A stretch of DNA of 64,000 nt, from the NCBI GenBank assembly GCA_963783305.1, contig CAWAMW010000016.1, positions 96,001 through 160,000 of the forward strand. The letters run 5' to 3'. This document shows positions 8,412 through 17,207 of the stretch, in pieces. This DNA is from an uncultured Gemmatimonadales bacterium. Lineage in GTDB: Bacteria; Gemmatimonadota; Gemmatimonadetes; Longimicrobiales; RSA9. Numbering within the stretch: the first letter of the stretch is position 1; each line of letters starts with the position of its first letter. The position numbers were made by a program, and so were the translations under genes. The notes beneath the pieces are model-generated. The model did not search any database. It saw only the letters and a program-made list of their open reading frames with translations, and was not told where the DNA came from.

Positions 8412-9775
8412 ACGCGGAGCGCGTGGACCCGGGCCGCTTTTTCGAAACGGTCCTCAACTGTGTGACCGACGGCGTCTTCACGGTCGATCGGGAGTGGCGC
8501 ATCACGTCATTCAACCCGGCGGCGGAGCGCATCGCGGGCGTCCCGGCGGCGCAGGTCCTGGGGCGGCGCTGCACGGAGGTTCTCCATTCCGACCTGTGCG
8601 AGCGCGACTGTCCGATCCGCGAGAGCCTCACCTCCGGGCTCGACGTGGTGGACCGCCCGGCCCGCATCACCACCAGCCGGTCCCGCTCGATCCCCGTGAG
8701 CGTCAGCAGCGCGGTGCTCCGCGCCTCCGATGGCACGGTGCTGGGCGCGGTGGAGACGTTCCGCGACCTGTCGGCCATCGAGCAGCTCCGGCGGGAGCTC
8801 CACGGGCAGTACACGTTCGAGGACATCATCGGGAAGAGCGAGCCCTTCCAGCGCATCTTCGCCATCCTGCCCGACGTGGCGGAGAGCGAGAGCACGGTGC
8901 TCATCGAGGGGCCGAGCGGCTCTGGGAAGGAGCTGATCGCCCGCGCGATCCACAACCTGAGTCCGCGTCGGAAGCGGCCGTACGTGGTGGTGAACTGTGG
9001 CGCGCTGCCCGCCCCGCTCTTCGAGTCGGAGCTCTTCGGCTACAAGCGCGGGGCCTTCACCGACGCCCACCGCGACAAGCCCGGACGGATCACCGTGGCG
9101 GAGGGGGGCACGCTCTTTCTCGACGAGATCGGCGACCTGCCACCCGAGACGCAGGTGAAGCTGCTGCGCCTGCTCCAGGAGAGGGAGTACAACCCCCTCG
9201 GCGGCGTCGAGACGCTGCGGGCCAACGTCCGGATCGTCGCCGCCACCAACCGCAACCTCGCCTCCCTCGTGAGCCAGCGCCGATTCCGCGACGACCTCTA
9301 CTTCCGCCTCGCCGTCGTCCGCATCTCCATTCCTCCGCTCCGCGAGCGCCGCGAGGACATCCCCTACCTCGTGGACCACTTCGTGGAGCGCCTGAACGCC
9401 CGCAAAGGGAAGCGCATCCAGGGCGTGGCGGACGACGTAATGGCGCTGCTCATGCGCCACGAGCTGCCCGGCAATGGACGGCAGGTGGAGAATATCATCG
9501 AGCACGCCTTTGTCCTCTGTCGGAACGGCCTCATCGAGCGCCACCACCTCCCCGGCGAGTTCGTCGACACCGCCGGACCCGATGATCGGCCCGGAGCGCG
9601 CCCCGGGGGACCGCTCCAGGAGAGCGAGGCCCAGGCCATCCGCCACGCTCTCCGCAGCAATGGTGGGCATCGCTCCACTACCGCCGCGCACCTCGGGATC
9701 AGCCGCACCACGCTCTGGCGCAAAATGGTCCGCTACGGGATCGACGCCGCCGAGTACCACCCGAGCCAGGTGTGA
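8396..9775 (+). CDS. PAS-domain sigma54-dependent transcriptional activator (Fis-type HTH)
   Basis: PAS domain, Walker A GPSGSGKE, ESELFGYKRGAFTDA, GTLFLDEIG, RFRDDLYFRL and C-terminal LGISRTTLWRK. Start position is approximate. Confidence 0.92.
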   Translation: MGAALDAERVDPGRFFETVLNCVTDGVFTVDREWRITSFNPAAERIAGVPAAQVLGRRCTEVLHSDLCERDCPIRESLTSGLDVVDRPARITTSRSRSIPVSVSSAVLRASDGTVLGAVETFRDLSAIEQLRRELHGQYTFEDIIGKSEPFQRIFAILPDVAESESTVLIEGPSGSGKELIARAIHNLSPRRKRPYVVVNCGALPAPLFESELFGYKRGAFTDAHRDKPGRITVAEGGTLFLDEIGDLPPETQVKLLRLLQEREYNPLGGVETLRANVRIVAATNRNLASLVSQRRFRDDLYFRLAVVRISIPPLRERREDIPYLVDHFVERLNARKGKRIQGVADDVMALLMRHELPGNGRQVENIIEHAFVLCRNGLIERHHLPGEFVDTAGPDDRPGARPGGPLQESEAQAIRHALRSNGGHRSTTAAHLGISRTTLWRKMVRYGIDAAEYHPSQV

Positions 9776-9944
9776 TGGACCCGGAGGCACTCGCCCCCGG
9801 GACACGGGCTCGGCATGGGCCGCCGGGCGTCGAACGCTGATCCTCTCCGTGGCGTGAGCCAGCGGCCAAGGTCCCCTTCCTCCCGCTCCGACCGGCTCTC
9901 TTCTCAGCGTTCCGCTGCGGTCCCGCTCCACACCGAGTGAGCCG

Positions 9945-9992
9945 GTTCCATCCCTGCAACATCGCAACGTTGCACCGGTGAAATACTGAAAC
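9945..9992. promoter_or_regulatory. Tandem palindromic enhancer (UAS)-like sites
   Basis: Two 24-bp related units, GTTCCA-TCCC-TGCAAC-ATCGCAAC and GTTGCA-CCGG-TGAAAT-ACTGAAAC, about 90-140 bp upstream of a -24/-12 promoter and just after an enhancer-binding-protein gene. Confidence 0.55.
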
Positions 9993-10081
9993 ATCGGGGT
10001 CCGACCGCGCGATCTCTATGAGCCACCTCAAATCCCTGCCGGGCAATGGTTTACGGTGGTTTTGCCCGGCGGGGCCCGTAG

Positions 10082-10097
10082 TGGTTTCCCCCTTGCA
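10082..10097 (+). promoter_or_regulatory. Sigma54 (-24/-12) promoter of the Hmc-like operon
   Basis: TGGTTTCCCCCTTGCA has GG-N10-GC spacing with TTGCA, 30 bp before the first start codon. Confidence 0.7.
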
Positions 10098-10126
10098 CTA
10101 TGGGAGTCGGAGAAACGGAGGTGCCG

Positions 10127-10498
10127 GTGAGAATCGCGATTCCCCGCATGGGCGAGATCATCGCCCCCTGCTTCGAGCACTGCGCCACCATGGCCGTCTT
10201 TCGCGTGGGGACGGAGGGAGAGATCGAACAGGTGGACTACCCGCTGCGGAGCCGGGAGCCGTTCGATCGGGTCCGTCTCCTCCGCGACCAGGAAGTGGAC
10301 TGCGTGATTTGCGGCGCGGTGGCGGGTCTCTACGAGGACGTGCTCCGGACGACCGGCGTGGAAGTGATCTCGTGGGTCGCCGGGAACGTTGAGGATCTCC
10401 TCTCGCTGTATCTGAGAGGACGACTCGAGGCCGGGGTGGAGCTGCCCACGGGTGCGAGACCCGCCCCTCTGCAGGTGGAACGGACGTGGGAGGTGTGA
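10127..10498 (+). CDS. NifB/NifX-family (FeMo-cofactor-binding fold) protein
   Basis: RIAIPRMGEIIAPCFEHC...EVDCVICGAV...GVEVISWVAGNVEDLL; GGAGG RBS before GTG 10127. Confidence 0.8.
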   Translation: MRIAIPRMGEIIAPCFEHCATMAVFRVGTEGEIEQVDYPLRSREPFDRVRLLRDQEVDCVICGAVAGLYEDVLRTTGVEVISWVAGNVEDLLSLYLRGRLEAGVELPTGARPAPLQVERTWEV

Positions 10499-10501
10499 TC
10501 A

Positions 10502-11953
10502 GTGGCGACGGCACAGCGGTACCCATACAACGTGGAGCAGAAGGGGCTGGAGGGTCAGGATCGGCCGAAGCGATTCCTGCGGGCCCTGTCGGCCATCCTC
10601 GAGCACGGCAATTACGCGGTGGCGCTGGACACCTTCGCCCGCACGAGCGCCCGCTGCGGCCGCTGCGCGGCAAGCTGTCAGCTCTACGAGGCGACCGGGG
10701 CGCCGGAGGACATCCCGTGCCACCGCTCGGAGCTGCTGCTGCGGGTTTACCGCCGCTACTTCACCACGGCGGGGCTGCTGCGGGCGCGGCTCGTGGGCGG
10801 CTTCGAGCTGACGGACGACTACATCGATGAGATGGCCACCGCGTTCTGGCGGTGCACGGCATGCCGCCGCTGCCGCTCCACCTGCCCGGTGGGGATCGAC
10901 CACGGTCTGATCACGCACCTGGCGCGCTGGGCGCTGGGCGAGCTCGACCTGGTGCCCCGGGCGCTGGTGGTATCGGTGCGCGAGCAGCTGGAGGGGAAGA
11001 CGGGGAACACGTCGGCGATCCCGCTTCCGGCGCTGAAGGACACGTGCGAGTTCCTGACCGAGGAGCTGCACGACATCTACGGCGTGGACATCGAGTACCC
11101 CTTCGACGTGAAGGACGCGGAGTACGTCTTCTTCCCGGCGGTCTCGGACTTCCTCATGGAGGCCGACACCCTCATGGGGAACGCGGCGGTCATGCACGTG
11201 ACCGGCGGGTCGTGGACCATCGGGACGGGGAACTACGACGGGATCAACTACGGCCTCTTCTACTCCGACCGCGTGATGGAGCGTGTGGTCCGGAACGTGG
11301 TCGCCGAGGCGCGGCGCCTGAATGCCCGCAAGATCCTCGTCGGAGAGTGCGGCCACGCCACGCGCTCCGCCTGGTACGTGCCCACGTACGGCGGCCCCGA
11401 CGCGCCGCGGGTGGTGAACTGCATGGAGTACACCCACGCCATGCTCGAGGCCGGCCGCATCCCGCTCAAGAACGAGCGCATCCTGGAGCGGGTCACGTAT
11501 CACGACCCGTGCAACATCGCCCGCGTGGGCCGCATCACCGAGCAGCCCCGTGAGATCCTGAAGGCCATCTGCGCCGACTACGTGGAGATGACCCCGAACC
11601 GCCAGGACAACTACTGCTGTGGCGGGGGCGGCGGCACCGTGTCCATCGACGAGATCCGGGCGTTCCGCACCGGCCCCCTCGGCCGCCGGAAGGCCGACCA
11701 GATCCGGGACACAGGGGCGCAGCTCGTCGTCTCGCCGTGTGCCAACTGCAAGAAGCAGCTGAAGGAGCTCTGCCAGGACAATGCGGGGCTGGGCGACGTG
11801 GAGGTAGTGGGGCTCCACGACCTGCTGCTGCGGGTGATCGACTTCGGCGCCGCCACGGCGCAGGGCGCCGTTCCCGAACCGGCTGAGTCGGAAGCCGCGT
11901 TGAAAGCGGCTTCGGAGCCGGCGATCAAGCCCGTTGAGGCCGTCGCCGAATAG
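10502..11953 (+). CDS. HmcF/TmcB-like (HdrD/DsrK-related) Fe-S protein with CCG domain
   Basis: SARCGRCAASC, CTACRRCRSTC, GECGHA, TYHDPCN, NYCCGGGGG and SPCANC. Confidence 0.8.
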   Translation: MATAQRYPYNVEQKGLEGQDRPKRFLRALSAILEHGNYAVALDTFARTSARCGRCAASCQLYEATGAPEDIPCHRSELLLRVYRRYFTTAGLLRARLVGGFELTDDYIDEMATAFWRCTACRRCRSTCPVGIDHGLITHLARWALGELDLVPRALVVSVREQLEGKTGNTSAIPLPALKDTCEFLTEELHDIYGVDIEYPFDVKDAEYVFFPAVSDFLMEADTLMGNAAVMHVTGGSWTIGTGNYDGINYGLFYSDRVMERVVRNVVAEARRLNARKILVGECGHATRSAWYVPTYGGPDAPRVVNCMEYTHAMLEAGRIPLKNERILERVTYHDPCNIARVGRITEQPREILKAICADYVEMTPNRQDNYCCGGGGGTVSIDEIRAFRTGPLGRRKADQIRDTGAQLVVSPCANCKKQLKELCQDNAGLGDVEVVGLHDLLLRVIDFGAATAQGAVPEPAESEAALKAASEPAIKPVEAVAE

Positions 11954-11995
11954 TCGTCGGTAGCGGATTCCAGGACCAGACGAGGGAGGCGCGGG

Positions 11996-12697
11996 ATGGA
12001 GGCATGGCTGGAGCTCGGGAAGGGGCCCCTCTTCCGGGTGGCGCTGGTGGTCATGGCGCTGGGGCTCGTGCGCCACCTGGCGTTGACGCTCCTGGAGGCG
12101 CGACGGGCCTACGCTCGGGCAGGCGACCGGGTGATCCCGGTGCGGCGGGTCCTTCGCGAGACGCTGGCCTGGCTGCTGCCCACCCACCGCCTGCGGAACC
12201 GCTGGCCGTACAGCGCGACGACCGTCGCTTTCCACGTGGGCGTGATCCTGGTGCCGGTCTTCCTGGCCGGCCACATCGCTCTGCTGGGCGGCGCGCTCGG
12301 CTTCACCTGGCCGGCGCTCCCCGCGGACGTGGCGACGGTGCTCACGCTGCTGACGCTCACCGCCGCCCTGGCGGTGGTCGCGCAGCGCGTCTCGAGCCGC
12401 GAGTCCCGCGCCCTCGGGGGCTTCCAGGACTACGCGCTGCCGCTCCTGGTGGCCCTGGTCTTCGCCAGCGGGTTCGCGGTCGGCCACCCGGCGTGGAACC
12501 CCTTCGGCCGCGACCCGGTGCTCCTCACCCACGTCCTGGCCGGCGACCTCCTGCTGTTCCTCGTTCCGTTCACCAAGCTGACCCATATGGTCCTCCTCCC
12601 GCTGACCCGGTTCGTGGGTGAGCTGGCCTGGCACTTCCCGCCCGACGCCGGCCAGAAGGTCGGCGTCGCGCTGGGGAAGGAGGACGAGCCGATCTGA
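11996..12697 (+). CDS. HmcE/TmcC-like NarI-family membrane cytochrome b
   Basis: Hydrophobic, with the His pattern AFHVG...LAGHI and LTHVLAGDLL...PFTKLTH. Confidence 0.8.
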   Translation: MEAWLELGKGPLFRVALVVMALGLVRHLALTLLEARRAYARAGDRVIPVRRVLRETLAWLLPTHRLRNRWPYSATTVAFHVGVILVPVFLAGHIALLGGALGFTWPALPADVATVLTLLTLTAALAVVAQRVSSRESRALGGFQDYALPLLVALVFASGFAVGHPAWNPFGRDPVLLTHVLAGDLLLFLVPFTKLTHMVLLPLTRFVGELAWHFPPDAGQKVGVALGKEDEPI

Positions 12698-12699
12698 CC

Positions 12700-13503
12700 A
12701 TGAGCGCCGCCATTCTGATCGATACGACCCGCTGCACCGGCTGCGAGACCTGCGTCGTCGCGTGCAAGGAAGAGAAGGGGCTGGGCCCGGACCGTCTGCG
12801 AGCGGGGCAGCAGTCGGTACACGCCCTCTCCTCCACCCGCTTCACCACCGTGCTCCGCCGCCCCGGCGAGCAGTACGTGAAACAGCAGTGCCGGCACTGC
12901 CTCGAGCCCGCGTGCGTCAGCGCCTGCCTCGTCGGTGCCATGCAGAAGACCCCCGAGGGGCCGGTCATCTACGACTCAGAGCTCTGCATGGGGTGTCGCT
13001 ACTGCATGGTCGCGTGTCCGTACTCCATCCCGCGCTACGACTGGGAGGAGCCGGCGCCGTACGTCCGGAAATGCGACATGTGCTACGAGCGCATCACCGC
13101 CGGCGGGCTCCCGGCGTGCGTGGAGGCGTGCCCCGAGGGCGCGCTGGAGTTCGGCGACCGCGACGCGCTGATCGCCGCCGCCCATGGCCGCATCGCCGCG
13201 CACCCCGACCGCTACGTCCCGGAGGTGTTCGGCGAGCGGGAGTTCGGTGGCACGTCGGTCCTCTACCTGGCCGACATGTCGCTCGGGTTCCTGAGCTGGG
13301 CGAAGGAGCTGCGGAGCGATGAGCTGCCGCCGCTCACCTGGGCGTCTCTGAAGAAGGTGCCCTGGGAGGTGGTGGGGATGGGCGGTGCCATGACCGGCCT
13401 CTACTGGGTGATCAACCGCCGCATGACCCTCGCGGCGCGGGCGGCGCACGCGGCGCAGGAGGCGCACGCGGCGCGGGTGGAGGAGGAGGTGCGCGATGTC
13501 TGA
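12700..13503 (+). CDS. HmcB/HybA-like 4x[4Fe-4S] ferredoxin subunit with C-terminal TM anchor
   Basis: IDTTRCTGCETCVVAC, CRHCLEPACVSAC, CMGCRYCMVACP, KCDMC...PACVEACP and FGGTSVLY. No twin-arginine signal. Confidence 0.88.
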   Translation: MSAAILIDTTRCTGCETCVVACKEEKGLGPDRLRAGQQSVHALSSTRFTTVLRRPGEQYVKQQCRHCLEPACVSACLVGAMQKTPEGPVIYDSELCMGCRYCMVACPYSIPRYDWEEPAPYVRKCDMCYERITAGGLPACVEACPEGALEFGDRDALIAAAHGRIAAHPDRYVPEVFGEREFGGTSVLYLADMSLGFLSWAKELRSDELPPLTWASLKKVPWEVVGMGGAMTGLYWVINRRMTLAARAAHAAQEAHAARVEEEVRDV

Positions 13504-15463
13504 TCGGCTGAGCCGACTGAAGACCGTGCTCTGGGCGCTCGTGGGTGTACTGGCCGCCGTGAGCGTGATCCGCTTCACCTATGGCCTGGGAGCCGTCACG
13601 GACCTCTCCGACTCGGCTCCGTGGGGGCTCTGGATCGGCTTCGACGTCATGTCCGGCGTCGCGCTGGCTGCAGGCGGCTTCGTACTGGCCGCCACGGTCC
13701 ACATCTTCCGCCTGGAGCGGTACCGACCGTTCGTCCGCGCCGCCATCCTGACGGCGCTGCTGGGATATGCCGCCGTGGCGGTGGGGCTCCTCTACGATCT
13801 CGGGCTGCCCTGGCGGATCTGGCACCCGCTGGTCCACTGGCAGATCCACTCCGTGCTGTTCGAAGTGGCCATGTGCGTGATGCTCTACCTTGCCGTGCTG
13901 GCGCTGGAGTTTGCCCCCGTGGTGCTCGAGCACCCACGCTTCGACCGGCCTCTCTTCCGGAGCCTCCTCCGCGGGCTTCGGCGCGTGACCATCCCGCTGG
14001 TGATTGCCGGCATCGTGCTTTCCACGCTGCACCAGTCGTCGCTCGGCTCACTCTTCCTCATCGCGCCCGACCGGCTCCACCCGCTCTGGTACTCGCACAG
14101 CATCTACCTCCAGTTCTTCATCTCGGCCGTGGCGCTGGGGCTCACCACCGTGATCCTCGAGGCACTCTTCTCCCGCTACTTCCTCGGCCACCAGGTCCAT
14201 GCCCAGGAGGTCGGCGGCCTCGGCCTCGCCGCCTCCCTCGTGCTCTGGCTCTACCTGGCCATCCGGCTCGGCGACCTGGCCGCGCGCGGGGTATTGGGCA
14301 CCGCCCTCGACGGCTCCTGGCAGGCCCGGCTCTTCCTCTTCGAGATCGCGCTCAGCGCCGCCGTACCCGCCACCCTCCTGCTGATTCCAGCCGTACGCGC
14401 GCGCCTGGCGTGGGTGGGCATTGCCGCCGGGATGGTCGTGGCCGGCCTGATCGGGCACCGCCTCGATGTCTCCATCGTCGCCTTCGCGCGGCCCGAGGGC
14501 TTCGCGTACTTCCCGACGTGGGAAGAGGTGGCGGTCAGCCTCGGGATCGTGGCCGGCGGGATGCTGGTGTTCCTCTTTTTCGTCGAGCGGCTGCGCGTCT
14601 TCGACGACGTGGCGGGCCTCGCTCCCCGGCGGGAGCCGAGTTGGGAGGCGGCCGGCGTGCGAACCCTCCGCGCGCCCGCCTCCGGGCTCCCGCGCCGCTA
14701 CAGCCTCGCGGCCCTGGGCGGAGCGGCGACCGCGCTCCTCTTCCTGCCCCTGGGCGGACCTTCGGCGCCCGCGTCGCCGGTGATGGCGCCCCGGCGGATG
14801 GAAGGGGCCGTTACCCGGGTCGGCCCCGGGCGGACGCCGGTCGTGGAGCTCGCCGACGCCGGGTCCGCCACCGCCCTGCTCCTCGTCATCGACGGGAACC
14901 GCGCGGGCGAGATCGCGCTCTTCGACCACGCGGCCCACGAGGCCCGGCTGGAGGAAGGGTCGTGTGCGACCTGCCATCACCTGGACCTGCCCCTCGACCG
15001 TGGCACCTCGTGCTCGGCATGCCACCGCGACATGTACGCGCCCACGCCGCTCTTCGACCACCGCCTTCACGAGGACGCGCTCGGCGGAACCGACGGCTGC
15101 GCCGAATGCCACGCCGCCGCAGCAGTTCACAGCTACGACACCGCGACCGCGTGCTCGGAGTGCCACGCACCCGGGCAGGGCGAGCGGATCGCTGCGCCGG
15201 AGCCGCACTGGCGCGATGCCGCGAGCTACATGGATGCCATGCACGGCCTCTGCGTGGAGTGCCACGAGGATGCCGTGGCTGCCGCGCCGGGCGACCATCC
15301 GGCCGACCTGGGCGCCTGCCGCACCTGCCACGACCCCGACGGTCAGGAGAAGCTCCGGCGGCTCCAGCCCCGGCCTGATCCCGCCGCCAGCGTGGCCGGC
15401 GCCGGAGCGCCCGCCGCCACAGCCGGCACCGCCATCAACGCCGCCGTTCGGCGCAGGGAGTGA
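13496..15463 (+). CDS. NrfD/HybB/HmcC-family membrane subunit fused to a C-terminal hexaheme class III cytochrome c
   Basis: PWGLWIGFDVMSGVALAAGGF, DLGLPWRIWHP and LSTLHQSSLGSL, then an extra TM segment and six CxxCH motifs (CATCH, CSACH, CAECH, CSECH, CVECH, CRTCH) with c3-type FDHAAH, FDHRLH and AMHGLC. Confidence 0.88.
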   Translation: MSDRLSRLKTVLWALVGVLAAVSVIRFTYGLGAVTDLSDSAPWGLWIGFDVMSGVALAAGGFVLAATVHIFRLERYRPFVRAAILTALLGYAAVAVGLLYDLGLPWRIWHPLVHWQIHSVLFEVAMCVMLYLAVLALEFAPVVLEHPRFDRPLFRSLLRGLRRVTIPLVIAGIVLSTLHQSSLGSLFLIAPDRLHPLWYSHSIYLQFFISAVALGLTTVILEALFSRYFLGHQVHAQEVGGLGLAASLVLWLYLAIRLGDLAARGVLGTALDGSWQARLFLFEIALSAAVPATLLLIPAVRARLAWVGIAAGMVVAGLIGHRLDVSIVAFARPEGFAYFPTWEEVAVSLGIVAGGMLVFLFFVERLRVFDDVAGLAPRREPSWEAAGVRTLRAPASGLPRRYSLAALGGAATALLFLPLGGPSAPASPVMAPRRMEGAVTRVGPGRTPVVELADAGSATALLLVIDGNRAGEIALFDHAAHEARLEEGSCATCHHLDLPLDRGTSCSACHRDMYAPTPLFDHRLHEDALGGTDGCAECHAAAAVHSYDTATACSECHAPGQGERIAAPEPHWRDAASYMDAMHGLCVECHEDAVAAAPGDHPADLGACRTCHDPDGQEKLRRLQPRPDPAASVAGAGAPAATAGTAINAAVRRRE

Positions 15464-15467
15464 TCTG

Positions 15468-16610
15468 ATGCCGCCGTATGCCCGCGAGCTCCAGGACTGG
15501 ATCCGCTCCGACCTGTTCGATGCGGTCCCGATGTCCATCAGCGTCATCAGCCGCAACTACCGGATCGTCGAGGCGAATCGGACCTTCGCGGAGTCCTTCG
15601 GCGACTGGCGGGGCAGGGCGTGCTATGAGGTCTACAAGGGGCGGGCCCAGCCGTGCCCTCGCTGTGGGGCGCTGGAGGCGTTCGTGGATGGCCGGTCTCG
15701 CACCCGCGAGGAGTCGGGCGTCGTGCAGGGCGGCCTCGCCATCGACTACCTCGTCCACCTGGTGCCGCTCGTGCGCACCAACGGCGAGATCCCGTACGTC
15801 ATCGAGATGTGCACCGACATCACCGCCGTGAAGCGGCTCGAGCGCGAGAAGCGCGAGGCGGAGCGGCTCGCCGCTGTCGGCGAGACCGTCGCCGGCATCG
15901 CCCACGGGATCAAGAACGTCCTCATGGGCCTGGAAGGCGGCATGTACGCCGTGAACACTGGGATCGCTCGGGGCGACGACCAGCGGATTGCCAGCGGCTG
16001 GGCCACGCTGGAAGAGAACGTCGGCCGCATCTCCGAGTTCGTGAAGGAGTTCCTGGACTTCGCCAAGGGCCGGGAGACCGACGTTCGCCCGGTGGATCCC
16101 GACGCCCCCGCTCGGGCCGTGGCGGAGCTGTTCCGCGATCGAGCGGCGCAGGTTGGCGTCCGGCTCGAAACCCGTCTGGCCGGCGGTCCGCTGTTCCCGC
16201 TGGACGAGGAGGGGGTCCACGCCTGCCTTTCGAACCTCGTCTCGAACGCCATCGACGCGTGTACCATGGCGGACCAGGACGGCCGCGAGTTCGTCATCAC
16301 TCTCGCCTCCCGGGCGGAGGAGGACACGCTGGTCTACGAGGTGGCCGACAACGGGGCGGGCATGGACTACGAAATCAGTCGCAAGGTCTTTTCGAAGTTC
16401 TTCACCACCAAGGGCTCCGACCGGGGCACCGGTCTGGGGCTCCTGACGACCAAGAGGATCGTCCACCAGCACGGCGGACAGATCACGTTCGAGACCCAGG
16501 AGGGCGAGGGATCGGTGTTCCGCATCACGCTGCCCAGGCACCGCACTGGCGAGGCCGCGGATGAGGACCGGACCGGCCCCACTCCCCTCCCGATCCAGGA
16601 GGAGGGGTGA
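15468..16610 (+). CDS. PAS-domain sensor histidine kinase
   Basis: PAS with CYEVYKGRAQPCPRC, H-box AGIAHGIKN, N-box NLVSNAIDA, DNGAGM and FFTTKG...GTGLGL. Confidence 0.9.
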   Translation: MPPYARELQDWIRSDLFDAVPMSISVISRNYRIVEANRTFAESFGDWRGRACYEVYKGRAQPCPRCGALEAFVDGRSRTREESGVVQGGLAIDYLVHLVPLVRTNGEIPYVIEMCTDITAVKRLEREKREAERLAAVGETVAGIAHGIKNVLMGLEGGMYAVNTGIARGDDQRIASGWATLEENVGRISEFVKEFLDFAKGRETDVRPVDPDAPARAVAELFRDRAAQVGVRLETRLAGGPLFPLDEEGVHACLSNLVSNAIDACTMADQDGREFVITLASRAEEDTLVYEVADNGAGMDYEISRKVFSKFFTTKGSDRGTGLGLLTTKRIVHQHGGQITFETQEGEGSVFRITLPRHRTGEAADEDRTGPTPLPIQEEG

Positions 16611-16614
16611 CCGT

Positions 16615-17163
16615 ATGGTGCGACCGGAAGACAGGACCGTGCTGGTGGTGGACGATGAGCCCAATGTCCGCATCTACCTCGCCCGCATCCTCCAGGACGC
16701 CGGCTTCCGCGTCCGAACCGCCGCCGACGGGTTCGAGGCGCTGGAGATGATCCGCCGCGAGCCGCCGGACTTCATCTCCCTCGACCTGGTCATGCCCCGG
16801 AAGAGCGGCCACAAGCTCCTCTACGAAATGCGAAAGGACCGCACGCTCGCCGACATCCCCGTCCTCATCGTCACGGCCCACGCCCGTGACGAGCTGGGCG
16901 AGGGGGAACTGAGGGAGATCGTGGAGGACCGGGTGATCTCGGGCCCCGGCGTCTATCTCGAGAAGCCCGTCCGGCCGCTGGACTACGTGCGGGCGGTGCA
17001 GCGGGCGGTGGGCGTCACCGAGACGCTCGCGGACGACGACCGGGTCGCGCTCCAGGAAGAGCTGCGAGACGCGCTGCCGGCCGCCGAGCCGCACGCGCTC
17101 CGTCGGGCGCTGGAAGCGCTGAGGAAGGCCCCCGCGGGCGGCGGGGACTCTCCGGATCATTAG
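16615..17163 (+). CDS. Response regulator (receiver plus short helical tail, no DNA-binding domain seen)
   Basis: VLVVDDE, PDFISLDLVMP and YLEKPV. Confidence 0.85.
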   Translation: MVRPEDRTVLVVDDEPNVRIYLARILQDAGFRVRTAADGFEALEMIRREPPDFISLDLVMPRKSGHKLLYEMRKDRTLADIPVLIVTAHARDELGEGELREIVEDRVISGPGVYLEKPVRPLDYVRAVQRAVGVTETLADDDRVALQEELRDALPAAEPHALRRALEALRKAPAGGGDSPDH

Positions 17164-17207
17164 ACCGCCCGGAAGTGGGAGACCGGAGCATGCCGAGTCA
17201 GGTGGGT

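Noticed and set aside
9460..9500. Atypical sensor II motif GNGRQVEN in the sigma54 activator
   Set aside because: The key Arg, the Walker motifs and GAFTDA are retained, so this is insufficient evidence of inactivation.
9976..9994. Possible additional Rex site GGTGAAATACTGAAAC
   Set aside because: The right half-site does not match and it is better explained as part of the enhancer-like tandem.
10127..10498. Nitrogen fixation
   Set aside because: Only a NifX-fold gene is present, with no nifHDK or nifENB.
12700..15463. Hydrogenase-2 (hyb) operon
   Set aside because: HybA/HybB-like subunits are present but there are no NiFe large or small subunits or maturation genes; the HdrD/NarI partners indicate an Hmc-like complex.
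14964..15467. N-terminal extension of the PAS kinase ORF
   Set aside because: It overlaps the cytochrome domain; ATG 15468 has a GGGAG RBS.
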